From Eledone cirrhosa (taxonomy: Eukaryota): a stretch of 64,000 bases of DNA. Both the position numbers and the translations under genes were made by a program. The notes below the pieces were generated by a model that did not search any database, was not told where the DNA came from, and worked only from the letters and a program-made list of their open reading frames with translations. The DNA is taken from assembly GCA_964016885.1 (NCBI GenBank), contig OZ024756.1, positions 19,282,001-19,346,000 of the forward strand. The letters are read 5' to 3'. Shown piece after piece: positions 40,791 through 55,640 of the stretch; within the stretch, counting starts at the first letter, position 1; each line of letters opens with the position of its first letter.

Positions 40791-42690
40791 ACATCTAGAG
40801 TGACACCCCAATGACTGGCAGCACCAGTGGCACATCTAGAGTGACACCCCAACGACTGGAAGCACCAGTGGCACATCTAGAGTGACACCCCAACAACTGG
40901 CTGCATCAGAGGCACATCTAGAGTGACACCCCAACGACTGGCTGCATCAGTGGCACATCTAGAGTGACACCCCAACGACTGGCTGCACGAGTGGCACATC
41001 TAGAGTGACACCCCAACGACTGGCTGCACGAGTAGCACATCTAGAGTGACACCCCAACGACTGGCTGCACGAGTGGCACATCTAGAGTGACACCCCGACG
41101 ACTGGCTGCACGAGTGGCACATCTAGAGTGACACCCCAACGACTGGAAGCACCAGTGGCACATCTAGAGTGACACCCCGACGACTGGCTGCACGAGTGGC
41201 ACATCTAGAGTGACACCCCGACGACTGGCTGCACGAGTGGCACATCTAGAGTGACACCCCAACGACTGGCTGCATCAGAGGCACATCTAGAGTGACACCC
41301 CAATGACTGACTGCATCAGAGGCACATCTAGAGTGACACCCCAACGACTGGAAGCACCAGTGGCACATCTAGAGTGACACCCCGACGACTGGCTGCACGA
41401 GTGGCACATCTAGAGTGACACCCCGACGACTGGCTGCACGAGTGGCACATCTAGAGTGACACCCCAACGACTGGCTGCATCAGAGGCACATCTAGAGTGA
41501 CACCCCAATGACTGACTGCATCAGAGGCACATCTAGAGTGACACCCCAACGACTGGAAGCACCAGTGGCACATCTAGAGTGACACCCCGACGACTGGCTG
41601 CACGAGTGGCACATCTAGAGTGACACCCCAACGACTGGCTGCATCAGTGGCACATCTAGAGTGACACCCCAATGACTGACTGCATCAGAGGCACATCTAG
41701 AGTGACACCCCAACGACTGGAAGCACCAGTGGCACATCTAGAGTGACACCCCAATGACTGGCTGCACAAGTGGCACATCTAGAGTGACACCCCAATGACT
41801 GGCAGCGCCAGTGGCACATCTAGAGTGACACCCCAACCACTGGCTGCACGAGTAGCACATCTAGAGTGACACCCCAACGACTGGCTGCACCAGTGGCACA
41901 TCTAGAGTGACACCCCAATGACTGGCTGCACAAGTGGCACATCTAGAGTGACACCCCGACGACTGGCTGCACGAGTGGCACATCTAGAGTGACACCCCAA
42001 TGACTGACTGCATCAGAGGCACATCTAGAGTGACACCCCAACGACTGGAAGCACCAGTGGCACATCTAGAGTGACACCCCGACGACTGGCTGCACGAGTG
42101 GCACATCTAGAGTGACACCCCAATGACTGACTGCATCAGAGGCACATCTAGAGTGACACCCCAACGACTGGAAGCACCAGTGGCACATCTAGAGTGACAC
42201 CCCAACGACTGGCTGCACGAGTGGCACATCTAGAGTGACACCCCAATGACTGACTGCATCAGAGGCACATCTAGAGTGACACCCCAACGACTGGAAGCAC
42301 CAGTGGCACATCTAGAGTGACACCCCAACAACTGGCTGCATCAGAGGCACATCTAGAGTGACACCCCAACGACTGGAAGCACCAGTGGCACATCTAGAGT
42401 GACACCCCAACGACTGGCTGCATCAGTGGCACATCTAGAGTGACACCCCAACGACTGGCTGCACGAGTGGCACATCTAGAGTGACACCCCAACGACTGGC
42501 TGCACGAGTGGCACATCTAGAGTGACACCCCAACGACTGGCTGCATCAGAGGCACATCTAGAGAGGCACTCCAACGACTGGCTGCACGCGTGGCACATCT
42601 AGAGTGACACCCCAACGACTAGCAGCACCAGTGACACATCTAGAGAGGCACCCCAACGACTGGCTGCACGAGTGGCACACAGAGTGTCAC
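40770..42690. repeat. 41-bp satellite (GTGGCACATCTAGAGTGACACCCCAACGACTGGCTGCACGA)n, ~46 units
   Basis: Direct; begins at the RTE terminus. Confidence 0.97.
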
Positions 42691-43059
42691 CTTCTGGGAA
42701 CATGATGATGTTAAAAAATAAACCTCATTTTGGTCATTCCATGAGAGTATCTTGGTCAGCCTAAGAACTTTTCAGCCGACCCTCGTATGTAAATACATGC
42801 ACACACACAAAGCTATCTTTATTGTATAATCCTGTAAAATAAAATTTAGTAAGAAAAAATAAAAAAAAAGGGGGGGGGGAGACAAAAGGAATGAAAGAAT
42901 AGGGAAATATAGGGAAAAAAAGAGAGAAAGAAAGCCTACCTTATGTTGAGTTGAGTCTAACTTATGTTGAGTTGAGTCTGCCTTATGTTGAGTTGGGTCT
43001 ACCTTATGTTGAGTTGAGTCTACAAATTAGTGTTTTAAGTGTTTGTTTTAAAGAAAAGT

Positions 43060-43310
43060 TTTATTCAACCACTGGAACAACCTCAAACAAAAAACCGTTG
43101 ACGCACCCTCAGTCAATATTTCTAAGTCGAGGCTCAAGAAGGAGTGGACCAACCATCACCTCAAGTTTAACTATCGCTTCTCGTATTGATGCCCATCTGG
43201 GAGGCATCGATACCAAGTGAAAAATAGCAATACTCAGAATAGGATCATTTCTATCTTGGTATGAGCCTAATTACCCTTACCGGGTACCAAATAATCATAC
43301 TTAAGATATA
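43060..43310 (+). mobile_element. CR1/L2-type LINE 3' end with hairpin 3'UTR
   Basis: NHWNNLKQKTVDAPSVNISKSRLKKEW matches the CR1 ORF2 terminus pattern WN.L...V.A.SVN.FK.RL...W. Confidence 0.7.
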
Positions 43311-43354
43311 TAAATAACATTACAAATTGTTCACAATTCTTTCAGAATGGAAAT

Positions 43355-43580
43355 ATAAACACACAATTGTTTCTACGTTTGGTACCACATATAATAACAA
43401 TTAACTATTGCTAGGAACCTCACAAATACAACACACAATTGTTTCTACGTTTGGCACCACATATAATAACAATTAACTATTGCTAGGAACCTCACAAATA
43501 CAACACACAATTGTTTCTACGTTTGGCACCACATATAATAACAATTAACTATTGCTAGGAACCTCACAAATACAACACAT
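43355..43580. repeat. ~75-bp tandem repeat x3 containing a SINE A tail
   Basis: AACACACAATTGTTTCTACGTTTGG... repeated. Confidence 0.9.
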
Positions 43581-44944
43581 CAAAATATACGATCAAAATG
43601 AGAAAAAGAAAAAAAAGAAAGGGAGAAGCGAAGCAAAAACAAAACAAAAAAACGACCATCAGTTTACCACCATCAGTGGCGCACATCACAAAGGTGAACG
43701 AAATTTGTTTAGGCAAGTCAACAAGCTTGCAGCATGTGAGCTGAGCAGCCGCAGGTGTGAGCCTCGCGAGTTGGAATGAATGGCTCTTCCAGCACATCTC
43801 CTTTACCATCCTCCGGGTAAACGCCTTCTCCAGTCAGTCCGTCGTCTCGGGGCTGTGGGAAGGCCAGCACGTGCGACCCCATTTGCTCACCATACGGAGA
43901 GAGAGGGGAGGGCGAGAGAGATGGAGGCGATGACAGTGGGAGTTCGGCTGTTCTTTCATGTTTACTTAGGTTACTTACCTACCTTATCTATCTACTCTCC
44001 CTCTTACTCGCCCCCCCCCCCCCCCTCCATCTGTCCCTTCCTTCTACCGCGGGTGATGGCAACGCTAAGCCGCTGAAACAACCAGGCATCCTCACGTTGT
44101 TTTATAAAGATTAAAAGAAGAGGCTATGTAGCCGGTAAGAGTGTCAGACGCCATGGGTTGCGGCCCGAGTTAAGACAACTGTTAAAAAAAAACAAGTTAT
44201 AATAATTTAGTCGTCCATTTGTAACGTAATTTATACACACATCTACACGTAAATACGTAAACAGATACAGACAGAAGGTAGGGGGCTGGTGAAACGATAT
44301 AGCGATGTGTTGCGTCCCTTTAGAGTTTAACGGCTACATAGCCTATTCGAAGATTAACCCTTTAGCATTTAAACCAGCTGTATCCGCCCAGAATTCTCTC
44401 ACCTCTTTCTGTTCAAACCGTCTGCTTATATTTATGTTAAGGTATTGTTCTCAAAATAAATAATATCAAAATCTCATAGATACGATATTATGTGAGATAA
44501 TTAAGTGAATTAAAGCCTTTAGTGTGAAAATATAATAGTAAATATAGAGTAATGTAAATGTTAAAGGGTTAACTGTGTACATTATGTATTATAATGTTTG
44601 TATTGTTTGAAAAATGTTGCAGATAAGACAAAATAACTGATAGTACTTCTTAGAGAATGAAAATATAAACACATGTAATAAAATATTATTTTTCCGCTTA
44701 CCGTACTGTTCTGTTTATATTTAGTGGTTCGCTTTGTAATATTTATTACTGTTGTATAAATTTACAATAGAATAACGTTGCAAATATGTTTTAAATATAT
44801 ACATAAATAACATAAATATAAAATCATGAACAAAAATGAGAAAGGAAAGAAAGAAGAAAAAAAAAGGGGGGGGGGGGGGGAGATTCCCCACTAAGGGTGA
44901 CAATCGGCAACACCTCCCACCTTGGGGGTTAATTGTACACTTTC

Positions 44945-45330
44945 AGGCAATCCAACATGCTCGCAGCATTACCACGGGTGGTGGCGAGGCTAAGGCGCTG
45001 AAATAACCAGGGCCCCTTCACGGGCATCACCTGACACCTCAGTAAGGATGGCTGCCAGTGAAGACAAGTACTTCGCTGTCAGCGGCCGAACGTCTCGAAC
45101 GCCACAGGCTGGAAAAAATAATTTTGTTATAAGTCCTGGTATTTCCGAATTTTATTCCGTTCGGCAGCGGAAGCAGTGACCCTCGCATTCACCGCGGCAT
45201 CCATGATGTGGGAGAGGGCAAAAGAGTCACTGACTGTGACGTCCCAGATGAGACATCTTACCTCTCACCCAAGGTCAAAGGGTAAGACCGTCTGGTCTCT
45301 TCCCATCACTTCTGGATAAACCAGGTGATC
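44945..45330 (-). mobile_element. CRE-like LINE restriction-like endonuclease remnant (second family)
   Basis: GLSRSDGKRPDGLTL..W...CLIWDVTVSDSFA...AAERNKIRKY...FQPVAFETFG...WLFQRLSLATTRGNAASML with stops and frameshifts; related pieces 44045-44095 and 47225-47365. Confidence 0.8.
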
Positions 45331-45731
45331 GTTTATTCACAGTTATTGCAAGTTGTCTCACTGAAGAACTTATAAGAAGAGTATCACTCTTTAAAATAAT
45401 CTCCAGATTTACTGGGGGAGGGGGCTCGTTAAAAAAAACATATTATTCCTTTCATTTCCTTGCAGTGGAGACTTCCTTGATTATACTTTATTATCACTAG
45501 TGGTCCTGTACGAAATAAGTTCTCAAAGAATCAGTGTAAGACCTTCTTTTCAGAAGCACCTGGATATGAGCAAGTGAAAGTCTACAGTGTTCTTAATAAG
45601 TTGTATGTAAGTTTATGTAAAAATGTATTCCGTTATTTATCAGTTGTTCAATGAGTTATACAAATTTTAAATTTAATAAAGTGATGTAAAACAAACTAAA
45701 TTTTGGAAATGTCGTATTTAGTCATATAGAA

Positions 45732-46435
45732 CAGCGGTCACCAACTGGTGGACCGAGAGAACATTTTGGTGGTCCGCAGAAAAATTTGGACATTATTTTT
45801 AATTTTTATGTTTTATTAATAATTAAACAAAGATAATATTCGGTTAAATATATATTTATAACACCCCTAAACAATGTTTCTCTTCAGTAAAGAACTAACA
45901 TCCACGAAAGAATTGTACACATATGTATCATCTATCAACAATGACACAAGTACGCTTCAGTATTGTTTAATAAAATAGAAGTTCTCTGGTCGATTTTCAA
46001 TGGAGAGAGTGCAAAGTATTATTTTTTGCACATCATTGTAGGAAAATATGGGAGTCTTTGTCAAAGTTAACTAAAATTCATGAGCTTGTTCACAAATCAT
46101 TTTCTCCAACTAGAGATTATGAAAACAAAAAAAAAACAGAAGAATTACACCAAATATGTTTATTTAATCAACGACGAAATGGATAAAAACAATATTTATC
46201 ATAAAACTAAATCAATCGCTGTAAATCTTCAAGACAATCCCTTACACGCCGCCCATCCGTCGTCCGTCTTCCAAGTTAGTTTTACCAGTAATACACTGGG
46301 ATAATTTCTGGCCTTGTGCCAAAAGTAGAAACAATTATTTTATAAATGTATTTATCTTTTTTTTTTAAATTCATATTAGTGGTCCGCGCGATTTAAAATT
46401 GTGAATTTAGCGGTCCGTGAGGTTGGCGCCCACTG
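45732..46435. mobile_element. Older hAT non-autonomous element
   Basis: CAGCGGTCACCAAC / GTTGGCGCCCACTG; degenerate TSD ATATAGAA / ATGTAGAG; subterminal GGTCCG motifs. Confidence 0.7.
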
Positions 46436-47399
46436 ATGTAGAGAGGTCATTGGTGTTCACCCACGTCCAGGGTGCTGTCTATAGCAGCGCATTTGTGTGT
46501 GTGAAAGGGAAATGTTAAAGCAAGATATAAAAACCATTTAGAAAGAAATGGAGCCCGAGTTCGACTCCATTACTTGTCATTAGATATAAATTGTATGTAT
46601 TAGTATATAGTGTTGAAGTAAATTTATTTCACATGCCACTACCATAAATTAAGCTTAAAGGTTAGTCCGCCTCTTGATCCTGGTGGACAGGATGGAGAAG
46701 ACATTGCCTCGGAGTGCGGCAAACGAGATGCAATGGGACAGTCACTCAACCTCGTGGAGCTTGCACTTGCTTGCAGGTAGCCAACTCCGCTCTGGTAGCA
46801 ATGAGTAGAGATGTGGTCCTGGGGCCAAGAACACCGGAAGTCTCCACTGTCACAGGCTGCATGCTTGACCACAAACCTTATCAGAAAGCAGCCGATACTT
46901 TGACGGTTTGTTCTCTTCGACCTGGCAAGCAGCGAATCCTGCGGTGGTAGCCGAACGCATAAGGTTGCCGCATAAGGTTGCCGTAAACATGTATACCGGA
47001 CGAGCACGCAGAACGGGCAGATTGTCGAGAATTTAGTAAATGTTATAGTGATAATGGATAATGGTTATAAATAAATAGTAATTCTCTTAACTTAAGCTTA
47101 TGTCTCTGTTTTGTTTACCGTATAACCTTTTTTTTTGTGTGTAAATATTTCAATTATTTGATCTCGTTTTTTTCGTGGGTTGTCACGTGTGTGTGTGTTG
47201 CTATTTAGATTTATCGGTAAATAATTTCTTCCAGCGTGTGGCATTCGAGAAGAACTGGGCCACTGACAGCGAAGTTTTTGTCATCGTTAGCGACTCGCCT
47301 TACTAATGTGTCAGGTGATGCCTGTGAGGGTGCTTGGTTGTTTCAGTGCCTTAGCCTCACCCTGACCCACTCGCCTGATGCCGGTGACTAGCCATCCGT

Positions 47400-47705
47400 A
47401 CATCCCTTTTTCCAACTGGGAGATGCAGACTGGAGACCACGATGCCTGGCGTAAGACGGTCTGCAAGGGCATTATAGATTCAGATGCGCAGAGAGGTCAA
47501 CTTGCGGCTGAAAAAGAGGGACCGAAAAAAGCGCATCGCAGATACCGGCAACCCAGGATTCCACATGTATCTGCACCAAGTGCAACAAAGGCTGTCACTC
47601 GTGCATCGGTCTGCACAGTCAGAGCAGACGATGCCAGTGACTAGACATAACTCCAGACTCATTAAGCATGGTCTTCCGAGACTGAGCTGCCAATGATGAC
47701 GATGG
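47400..47705 (+). mobile_element. RTE (BovB-like) 3' end with zinc finger
   Basis: NWEMQTGDHDAWRKTVCKG ... CTKCNKGCHSCIGLHSQSRRC and short (GAT)n tail. Confidence 0.7.
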
Positions 47706-48521
47706 TGTAAAACAAAGCGAGATAAATCTTACCATTAAAATTTAGTTCTGTTAATTATCTCCCCTGTATACAGCGTTAGCGAGGAATAAATATCGTTAAA
47801 ATTTGTTTTCAAATTAATACATAACTACGAAGTCTTTTCTTTGCGGTGATCCAGGTGAGCTAATCTCAAAACAGACTAGGTTCAACATTCAGTGTTTGAA
47901 ACTTTATCCATTTCTTAAGCTAAGTAAAATGGATATTTATCATATAAAACTGTCTCTTCCCTCGTCTAAGTTATTTTAGGATAGTTAAGGTTTTATACAA
48001 AAACATACTCGTTGTTTCGCTCACGTCTCATCTCAAAACCGCAAACCTACAACCAAATAAGCCTATTTTCATTTTAAATATTTTTTTAGAGACAGTGTGA
48101 TTTGAGATAGATCTGGCTGCTATATCGTGTAATTCGAGCGACCAGACCACCAAATAGGTCCTTTCGCTGGCTCATACAAAATGTAGTTATGTTGTTGAAC
48201 ATTGTCTAAATGATGATTTGTAAAAGGCCAGCTGTAGATTTTCGCTATATTTATTTGCTTTTATTTTCCAGCCAGAATGAACCAACTATATAGAGCTTAC
48301 AAGTAATATGACTAGAATCAGTAGAGCGTTTTGTAGTATTCAATCACGCCTCTTGTTAAATTCTAAGTTTGATCCTAACATAGGTTGGCTTTATCTTTCA
48401 CTCTTCCTTGTACGATAAAATCGTTAAATATTATTTTTGCAAAACAAGTTGCAAAACAAGGGAGAGTAACTCAGCGGGCTTAACGGAGTTATTGGACTTA
48501 TATATATATTATTATTATTTT

Positions 48522-48569
<48 letters not shown>

Positions 48570-48881
48570 CTTTTATTAAGGCTAAACAGTGAGTCTTGTT
48601 ACTCTGGAGTTTCACCTGTTTATTACAGGGTAATCTAAACTCTACTTTGGTATTGAGTATTCTTTTCTCTGAGCCGTCAACTACATACGGATATATATAT
48701 CGCAGGGTTAAACCACCCAACCCAACCCACAGCTACTGCTGGTACTCATTTTCAGTTGAGTGAACTGGAGCAACGTGAAATTAAGTGTTTTACTAAAAAA
48801 ATACAATACCTTGTTCAAGGACCGAGCCAACGAGATTACGATCGTAAGTCCAACACCCTAACCACATCCATACATATATGT

Positions 48882-49699
<818 letters not shown>

Positions 49700-49904
49700 T
49701 TTGGCCAGGTCGGGAGTTGTGGGCCAGTTCGAGAGTTCAGGAGCTGTGGGGAACGTGGAGTTACCCCTTAGTTGTCATAACTCGGAGGTCTGCTCTGGCC
49801 CAGAGTAGTAGTACCTGTTAGGGCCCCATTTATGGGTTAAATAATTACCTTATTCAAGTGGCGCCGGTAAGGTATTGTCAGCCATTGAAAAGAATGTATC
49901 ATTT

Positions 49905-50235
49905 CATTTCATTTTACGTCCACTTTTCCCTGCTTGCAAGGGTGGGACGGGAACTGATTCTGGCTTGATTTCTACAGCTGGATGCCCTTCCTAACACCAA
50001 CCTCATTTACAGTGAGTGCTGGGTGCTTTTTTTGCCGTGGCACCTCCACGACCACTTTGCAGTGGAATGATAGGGACCCCAGTCCCTATCATCTCATTTC
50101 TACAGCTGAGTAAACTGGAGCAATGTGAAATAAAGTGTCTTGCTCAAGGAAACAACACATCACCCGGTCTGAGAATTGAACTCACAACCTTTCGATTGCA
50201 AGGCCAATGCTCTAACCACTAAGCCATGTGCCTCC
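49905..50235 (-). mobile_element. SINE family B, full length
   Basis: tRNA-like head TGGCTTAGTGG / GAGTTCAATTC, CORE-like CCTTGAGCAAGACACTT, GTTAGGAAGGGCATCCAGC block; copies 62960-63308 and 26310-26595. Confidence 0.88.
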
Positions 50236-50302
50236 ATATGTATATATGTATATATGTATATATATGTATATATATGTATATATGTATATGTATGTATATG
50301 TA

Positions 50303-50678
<376 letters not shown>

Positions 50679-50703
50679 CATATATATATATGTATAGTAT
50701 ATA

Positions 50704-50764
<61 letters not shown>

Positions 50765-50902
50765 GTGTGTGTGTTTTCTTTGTTTTTGTTTTGTTTTTGT
50801 TTGTTTGTTTCAATGAGACAAATTCACCCATTACCAAGCAACTCATGAAAAAAAAGAAAGAAAAAAACAACAACAAAAGTCTGTTATTTAATTTTTTTAC
50901 AG

Positions 50903-51439
50903 ATGTAATGGAGAGAAGTATTAAAACGGTGCAAAAGAAGAGAAAAATCCAAAAGACTAAATAGATATTTGACAAACACAAACAACCCACTTTGATAAAA
51001 TTTGAATGTTTGCGCAGCACATCAGAAACAAGCATTGATAAGAAACTAATACAGTTATCAAATTTGGACTTGGTCTCACGCTGCAGAAGCAATACTGACA
51101 TTGTCGATATAACCAAGATGAAAAATAACGAGAACTGTGCAGTGACTAGTGGTGCAGAGGAAATGACATTTGAAAATTTGAAAAATTCACAGTTACAACT
51201 AATTTCACGACTCCATTGTAGTGAATCAGAATCTGTTGATATAACAACCAAGCTGAGAAACAACCAGAATTATGCAGTGATGGGTGGTGCAGACGACATA
51301 ACGTTAGAAAAGTTAAAGAAAGTATACACTGATTCAGATATAGCCGATGATTCAGATTCATCTGAATCTATCAACTTATCAAATAAAATGTCAAAGGTGA
51401 AATTTCAAGATACTACAGAACATATTTTAGAGAAACCTG
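50903..51439 (+). CDS. LRRC74-like gene, first visible large exon (N-terminal region; in-frame TAG at 50962-50964)
   Basis: Acceptor TTTTTTTACAG|, donor CTG|GTAAGA (phase 1); frame open 50965-51439; internal ~43-aa duplication. Confidence 0.7.
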
Positions 51440-52648
51440 GTAAGACCTTGGTTGTATTTCTAATGAAATACACTCTATTTTACTTTAACTAGAATGTTTT
51501 TCCGTACACTGATGTGTATGTGTATATGTGTGTGTATATGTGTATGTGTATGTGCATATCCATACATTTATATATATATGAGTATATAAATATAAACGTG
51601 CAAACAAAGTCACACTTACAAAATACACACTCACAGACATACATTCACACAAACACACATGTACATTTACACACATTTACACAAACATACACATACACTC
51701 ACACACAGCATAGTTTTTCACCATCCCCTTCCTTCCTTTTACACACACACACATTCATGCAGGCAGCAGACATAAATAGAGAGGAATAGTATGAGGTAGT
51801 CAAACTACTCCTCTCTCTTTGCGTGTTGTGACAGAATCACAGAAATTTATATATAGATTAATTAATGAATGAAGAGGGCCATTGACTCTGAGGAGCTCAT
51901 CTGCCCTTTAACAGCTCTTGATTTTTGTGCTGCTGGGGTTCAATTTACCCTCCTCATCAGGTCAGGGTCTGGTGGGGGAGCCAGTTTAGTCAACGACCAC
52001 TTAACCATGAAGCAGGCTGTACTGGTTTACATGGTACCAGTAACAGGCAAAAGCCTGACCTTACTATAACGGGTTAAATAGCCTCACCAACCGGCAATTG
52101 GTCAAGTATGATGAGTTTGGCTACATCCCTGACATGACCTAACCAAAAAGAAAGTGGTGGAGGGGTTCCTCCAACAAGATTGAGAAGGTCCTAGATTGGA
52201 TTGAATTTGAATTAATGAAGATTTTTGAGGGATTTACAAAAATTATAAAATGATTTCATTACAAAAATAGTTACTTAGCTTATGGTTCTTACATAAAATT
52301 ATGTCAGAAAATTTTGATCCAACCCTTTTGTGACTATATTTCTAATTAAGTTCACTCTATTTTACTTTAATCAATTAATGAAGAACTTTGAGGGAATTAC
52401 TAAAATTATTAATTATTTCATTACTAAATATATGGCTCTTATATAAAATTATGCTGGAAAATGTTAATTCAAACAGGGGCTATTAAAATAGGTGGTTTTG
52501 TTTCATAGAGCTAGCAGTTTTGGGTGGGTAGTTCGTAATCAAAGGTAAGTGAAATCGAACTACTGGAACAGATGTAAATATTGTATAAAAACAGACTTTC
52601 ATCTCTAAAGATATAATCTTCATTTCTATTCTTTTATCATTTATTCAG

Positions 52649-52837
52649 CAAATATCTCAAGATTTGGGATTTATTCAAAAAAGCCAAGCTCCTTCACACT
52701 ATCAAAAAGGGTCAGTGAAAAAGACAAAAAGGCAGGAACTTCTTTTCTTTCAACTAGATCTTCCTCAGGAGACATCTTGGAGTTTCTGGTTGATTCCACA
52801 AATTTTGACATTAACTTGTCAAAGTCATTTAAACCAA
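52649..52837 (+). CDS. LRRC74-like exon (ANISRFGIYSKKP...NLSKSFKP)
   Basis: TTATTCAG| ... |GTATGT; 189 bp, phase 1-1, open frame. Confidence 0.78.
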
Positions 52838-53604
52838 GTATGTAAATATATATATATATCATCATCATCACCATCATCATCGTTTAACTTCCATCTTCCA
52901 CGCTAGCATGGGTTAGACGGGTTTGTCCCACTTGAAGCAAGATTGGTCGGGTGACTGTCTCGCTTATATAGAACTGTTTCTGGCAAGTTTTCTATGGCTG
53001 GATGCCCTTCCTAACACCAACTACATTTACATATATAGTAGTATAGTTAATATGAAGCATTGTGAGTTAAGTGTTTCACACAAAAACCACAAATAAACAA
53101 TAGATTGGAGCTGCGTGGAGCAGAGTGGCTTCTATGTCTGTTTCACGTATGTGTAATCCAGACACTTGCACTTGTTAGGGAAGAACACAGCGTTCGTTTT
53201 TGTTTTGCATCATTTTTTTTTTTTTTTTTTGGTTTCTGCATTTGAAAAGAGGGTTATCACCCTGAAATATTTCGTTGAAATATGCATGCATGGACCCATA
53301 TGTCCCGATGGAGTCGTATGGGAGCCATATTGACGTACAGCAGTGCTAGGGCATTTTAAAAACCTGGTGGAGATCATCTCCTCTCCCAGTCTGAATACAG
53401 CAAATTTCTTCCAGAGAAGGATAGAGAGAGTGAGAGAGAGGAAGTAAGAAAGGGATATAGAGGAAGAATCTACCCCAGTACTTGACTGGTACTTTTATTA
53501 TCGACCTTGAAAGGATGAAAAGCAAAGTTGAACTTGATGGGATTTGAACTCAGAGAGTAGAGAGCTAAACAAATCCTGCAATTATTCTATCCAACATTCT
53601 AACA

Positions 53605-54033
53605 CAGGGCTGTGCAGCATATTCCATTGGTGGGCCACTTTTGAACATTGGAACAACTATTAGGGCCATTAATATTTATTAAGCACTATTCCAAAGATTC
53701 TCCACAACTTCTTTCCATAACATGGAACTGGGAAACTATAACACACATAACCCTATCAGTGAAGCCCTTTAGTGTAGGTCAACTGGGAAACTATAACACA
53801 CATAACCCTATCAGTGAAGCCCTTTAGTATAGGTCAACTGGGAAACTATAACACACATAACCCTATCAGTGAAGCCCTTTAGTATAGGTCAACTAACAGA
53901 AAATTGTATTACGGTTACGAAAAAAATTTTAAATAAGTCTACAAGGTAAAAATTAAAAACAGTCATCACGGGCCACTCTGACTGGTCTGGTGGGCCGGAT
54001 TGTGGCCCGCAGATTGCCTGTTGCACGCCCCTG
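53605..54033 (-). mobile_element. hAT MITE (sister of 6633-7336) inserted in a SINE; ~3 internal 53-bp units
   Basis: TSD TTCTAACA / TTCTAACG. Confidence 0.88.
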
Positions 54034-54696
54034 TTCTAACGACTCTATCAATTTGCCACCTTATGTTGAAATATTCTAGGTAGGAAAAACATCACTTTGT
54101 TTTGTTTTATTTGTCATCATCTGCTGTACTGGCTTCCAGAAGTCTTATGGATTATATATGATATATTTCTTAAAATTAAATCTTTCATCAACATTTCCAA
54201 GTATTTATAAAATTATTTATAGATAATGATTTCTACTATATGTACAAGGCCAGCAATTTGGTGGGGGACGGGAAAGCCGATTAAATCGACCCCAGTGCAT
54301 TACTGGTGCTTTATTTTATCGACCTCGTAAGGATGAAAGGCAAAGCTTACCTCGGCAGGATTTGAACTCAGAATGTAAAGGGCCATAACTTTATGCTGCA
54401 AAACATGGTGTTTGACACTGTACCGATACTGCCAATCCACAATCCAAGTTATTTATGGATAATGTAAAGGCAATGGATGGCAGAATCAGCAGAATTCCAG
54501 ATAAATAATACATTGTGGTAAATTGTATTAGTATGTATATGTGTTTCTATGTATGGAGCCATAACTCCTGATGGAGTTGTACAGGCAACATAGTGACATA
54601 TGGTGTGTCTTGGGCAGTTTTTAAAACTTGGCTAAGCCCATCCACTTTCAAGATCTGAACACAGCCGATTTCTTCCAGAAAAGTGGTGTGTGATAG

Positions 54697-54733
<37 letters not shown>

Positions 54734-55568
54734 CCCAGCAGCATCAGCCAAAATCCACTCAACAATTGATCTCCACGTGGGTCAGTCATTCATTGCTGTT
54801 GCCAAATCCTGGATTTCAATACCAGAATCTCTGGAGATGACATCGGGATAGGAGAGCTTGCGCCCCCTGTTATTAGTGACTGCTTGTGGTTTCTAAACCA
54901 CTAATGGCGACATAGCCTCATAGGTGGCTCGATGGAAGTGGCCAGCAAATCTTACTCTCTTTTACGTACAACTAAACTGGTACTTTATTTGTGTGAATAT
55001 ATAAACTTGTATATATACGGTGACTTAGCAGAGTCATTAGTATGTCAGATAGAATGCTTTATGGTATTTGTTCCGTCACTCTGATCTCTCAGTTCAAATC
55101 CTGCCGAGGTCAACTTTGCTTTTCATCCTTTTGAGGTCGATTCTTCCTTTATATCTGTTTCTCATTTCCTCTCTCTCACTTTCTATCTTTCTCTGGAAAA
55201 AAATCTGCTGTAGTCAGGCCTGGAGAGAGATGGGCTCTGCCCTTTAGCATTCACATTACTCTATATATATACTATTATATTTTCATGGTAAAGGCTGTAC
55301 CTCACATAATTATCTCACATAATATCGAATCTATGAGATTTTGAGAACAATACCTTAACATCAGTTTGAGCGACCAGTTACAGCCAGTTTCAACAGGAAG
55401 AGGTAGAGAATTCTGGCCGGTTTAGGCCGGTTTGAACATTAAAGGGTTAAAATGCCCAAGAAATGCCATATGTCAATACAGCACCCTTACAACTCTATCA
55501 GGAGTTACGGGACCATACCATACCATAAACTCGTAACTCCTGATGGATTATTTTTCCCTTGTTTCCAG

Positions 55569-55640
55569 CAAGGAAAGCTTATGATCCATCTTCAGACCCT
55601 TATACCCAGAGATTCTATGAGCTCGTGTGTATCCGCGACA
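55569..55640 (+). CDS. LRRC74-like exon (TRKAYDPSSDPYTQRFYELVCIRD)
   Basis: CCCTTGTTTCCAG| ... |GTATGT; 72 bp, phase 1-1. Confidence 0.82.

Noticed and set aside
40770-42690. CRISPR-like regular array
   Set aside because: No unique spacers and no cas genes; plain eukaryotic tandem satellite
43173-43260. U2-like start ATCGCTTCTCG and U3 box A-like GGATCATTTCTAT
   Set aside because: Matches are only 11-13 nt, the rest of either snRNA is absent, and the region is the stop and 3'UTR of a CR1-like ORF
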